Notes under the pieces: model-generated
Told to the model about the DNA's origin: nothing
Seen by the model: the letters and a program-made list of their open reading frames with translations, nothing else
The model's database searches: none
Shown: positions 62,521-64,000 of the stretch, piece after piece
How positions within the stretch are numbered: the stretch's first letter is position 1
How the letters are laid out: every line of letters starts with the position of its first letter
Program-made: the position numbers and the translations under genes
Assembly (NCBI GenBank): GCA_013265495.1
Contig: MU061578.1
Location: 1,683,308-1,747,307 of the forward strand
DNA from: Vicugna vicugna
Taxonomy: Eukaryota
Direction: 5' to 3'
Length of the DNA stretch: 64,000 bases

Positions 62521-64000
62521 TATCTCCCCATCAGCCCCCCTGCCCAGGACTCCCTTCTCTCCTCTCCAGTCTACTTTATACTGCATACTAACTCTCTCTG
62601 CCTCCCCGTCAAATTGCTCGCATTTAAAAATGGCCACCTGTGTCCCAAGTTGACACAATGCTTTGATTCAAACCCTTCCGAAGATTGTTCTGATCTTTTC
62701 AGTGAACGTTTTCAGGGGGAAGCAGATTGGCCCAGGGGTCTGGACAACCTGTGAGCTGCCCTTAGAACAGATGCTCACCTTGGGCCACTCGGATGTGTCT
62801 GCAAGATGGAAGGCAAGAGCATGGGAAGGGGCGGCTCCCGGAGAAGGGGCGGCCGAGACGGTACCCAGATAACATGCCTGCACGTCTATGAAATACCGTG
62901 GGCTAGAGCTGCTTGTGGGTTGCTTAGCAACTGGAAGTATTTCAGAGCCACACACAAGAGAATAGAGGTTTGGGGAAACAATTTGTCAAGGAATCAGGGA
63001 GAGTATATTGCCTTGAGCTTTTCAGTCAACACCATCCCCCTCCCCAAACCGCAGGCTGGATGACCTGGCAGCCAAAGAGGTTCAAGGGCAGGGGCTGAAG
63101 GGAGGCAGTGGATGCGGACGGCTCTCATGCCTCTACAATCCCATCCCTTACCCGGCTGGGCTGTCTCATCAGGGCCTGAGCAGAGGCGCAGCCCAAGGTA
63201 AGAGCCACAGTGATTTCTGCCGAGCTCACAGCATGTTAATCACGCCTGTCAGCCTCCCAGGGAAGGAAAGGTTGGCTGTCCTGACAATCTACATTAACGT
63301 GGGTGGATGGTGTTTGATTATACCTTCATGACGGCGGTTTCCACTTGCATCTTTCATCAGAGGCTGAAGGATGTGCTATCTGCCCTGACTGCCCATAGTG
63401 GCATCCTCCTCGGCAGAACGCGGCTGACCTCGGTGATAACACAGCCTTCAGACTGCAGGGAGGCATCGCCTGGCTGGGGTGGGGCCCAGCTGCCCTTGGG
63501 TGCCTGGGTTTTTACAACAGCATTGTCCTGGAAAGGGGGCTGGATTAGTTTTCATCAGGGGTCAGTCTCAAAACCACAGAAGCTCTGACTATTCTAAGAG
63601 TGCAGAACTTAAAGTCACAGGCAGTAAAGATGCAAAAGGAAGATGCCATTGGCCAATAGTCATCCTCTGGCCATATGATTGGTTGCAAAACCCAGCAAGT
63701 ATTTACAGATGACCAACCGAGTGCCACACACAATGCTAACAACTCCAGACATGGTGGTGAACGTGGAAGAAGTACTGATGATGCTTGGGGTCCTTGATGG
63801 AACAGTCCATGTCTCAGTCACCACTGTGTTGGCTTACATCCATGCTGAAGCTCTTATACGATGCTCAGTAAATCTCTCTGGATTCTGACCTCCTCATAAG
63901 TGAACCAAATAACAGCCTCAACTCAAAGGGTTCTAAGAAGTGACAGAAGGAGGGACAACTGGAAGGAATCAGATACATTTAGGAAGTCCTAAGGCTACTA

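Noticed and set aside
1..64000. CRISPR arrays, operons or prokaryotic defence systems
   Set aside because: The sequence is mammalian and has no regularly spaced direct repeats.

Overview
Mammalian (eutherian) genomic DNA, most likely camelid: it carries a tRNA-Ala-derived SINE of the Vic-1 type and about 8 short young artiodactyl-type L1 3' ends. I could not support any complete protein-coding gene, and the ORF-track ORFs look like chance ORFs or repeat remnants. The main functional feature is a CpG-island promoter (~26.6-28.1 kb) with a probable minus-strand first exon ending at a strong CAG|GTAAGG donor (27440/27439), so ~1-27.4 kb is probably the start of a long intron. A second CpG-enriched, donor-bearing patch at ~37.1-37.7 kb may be an upstream alternative first exon. 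The rest is interspersed repeats (L1, L2, MIR, hAT MERs, ERV1 and MaLR LTRs), microsatellites and a 143-N gap. I found no convincing new biological system. The most unusual items are a tailless, 3'-truncated, 5'-inverted L1 ORF2 insertion with a perfect 15-bp TSD and a 21-bp inverted microsatellite pair inside the putative 5' UTR. Repeat subfamily names come from recalled consensus sequences, and repeat boundaries are approximate.
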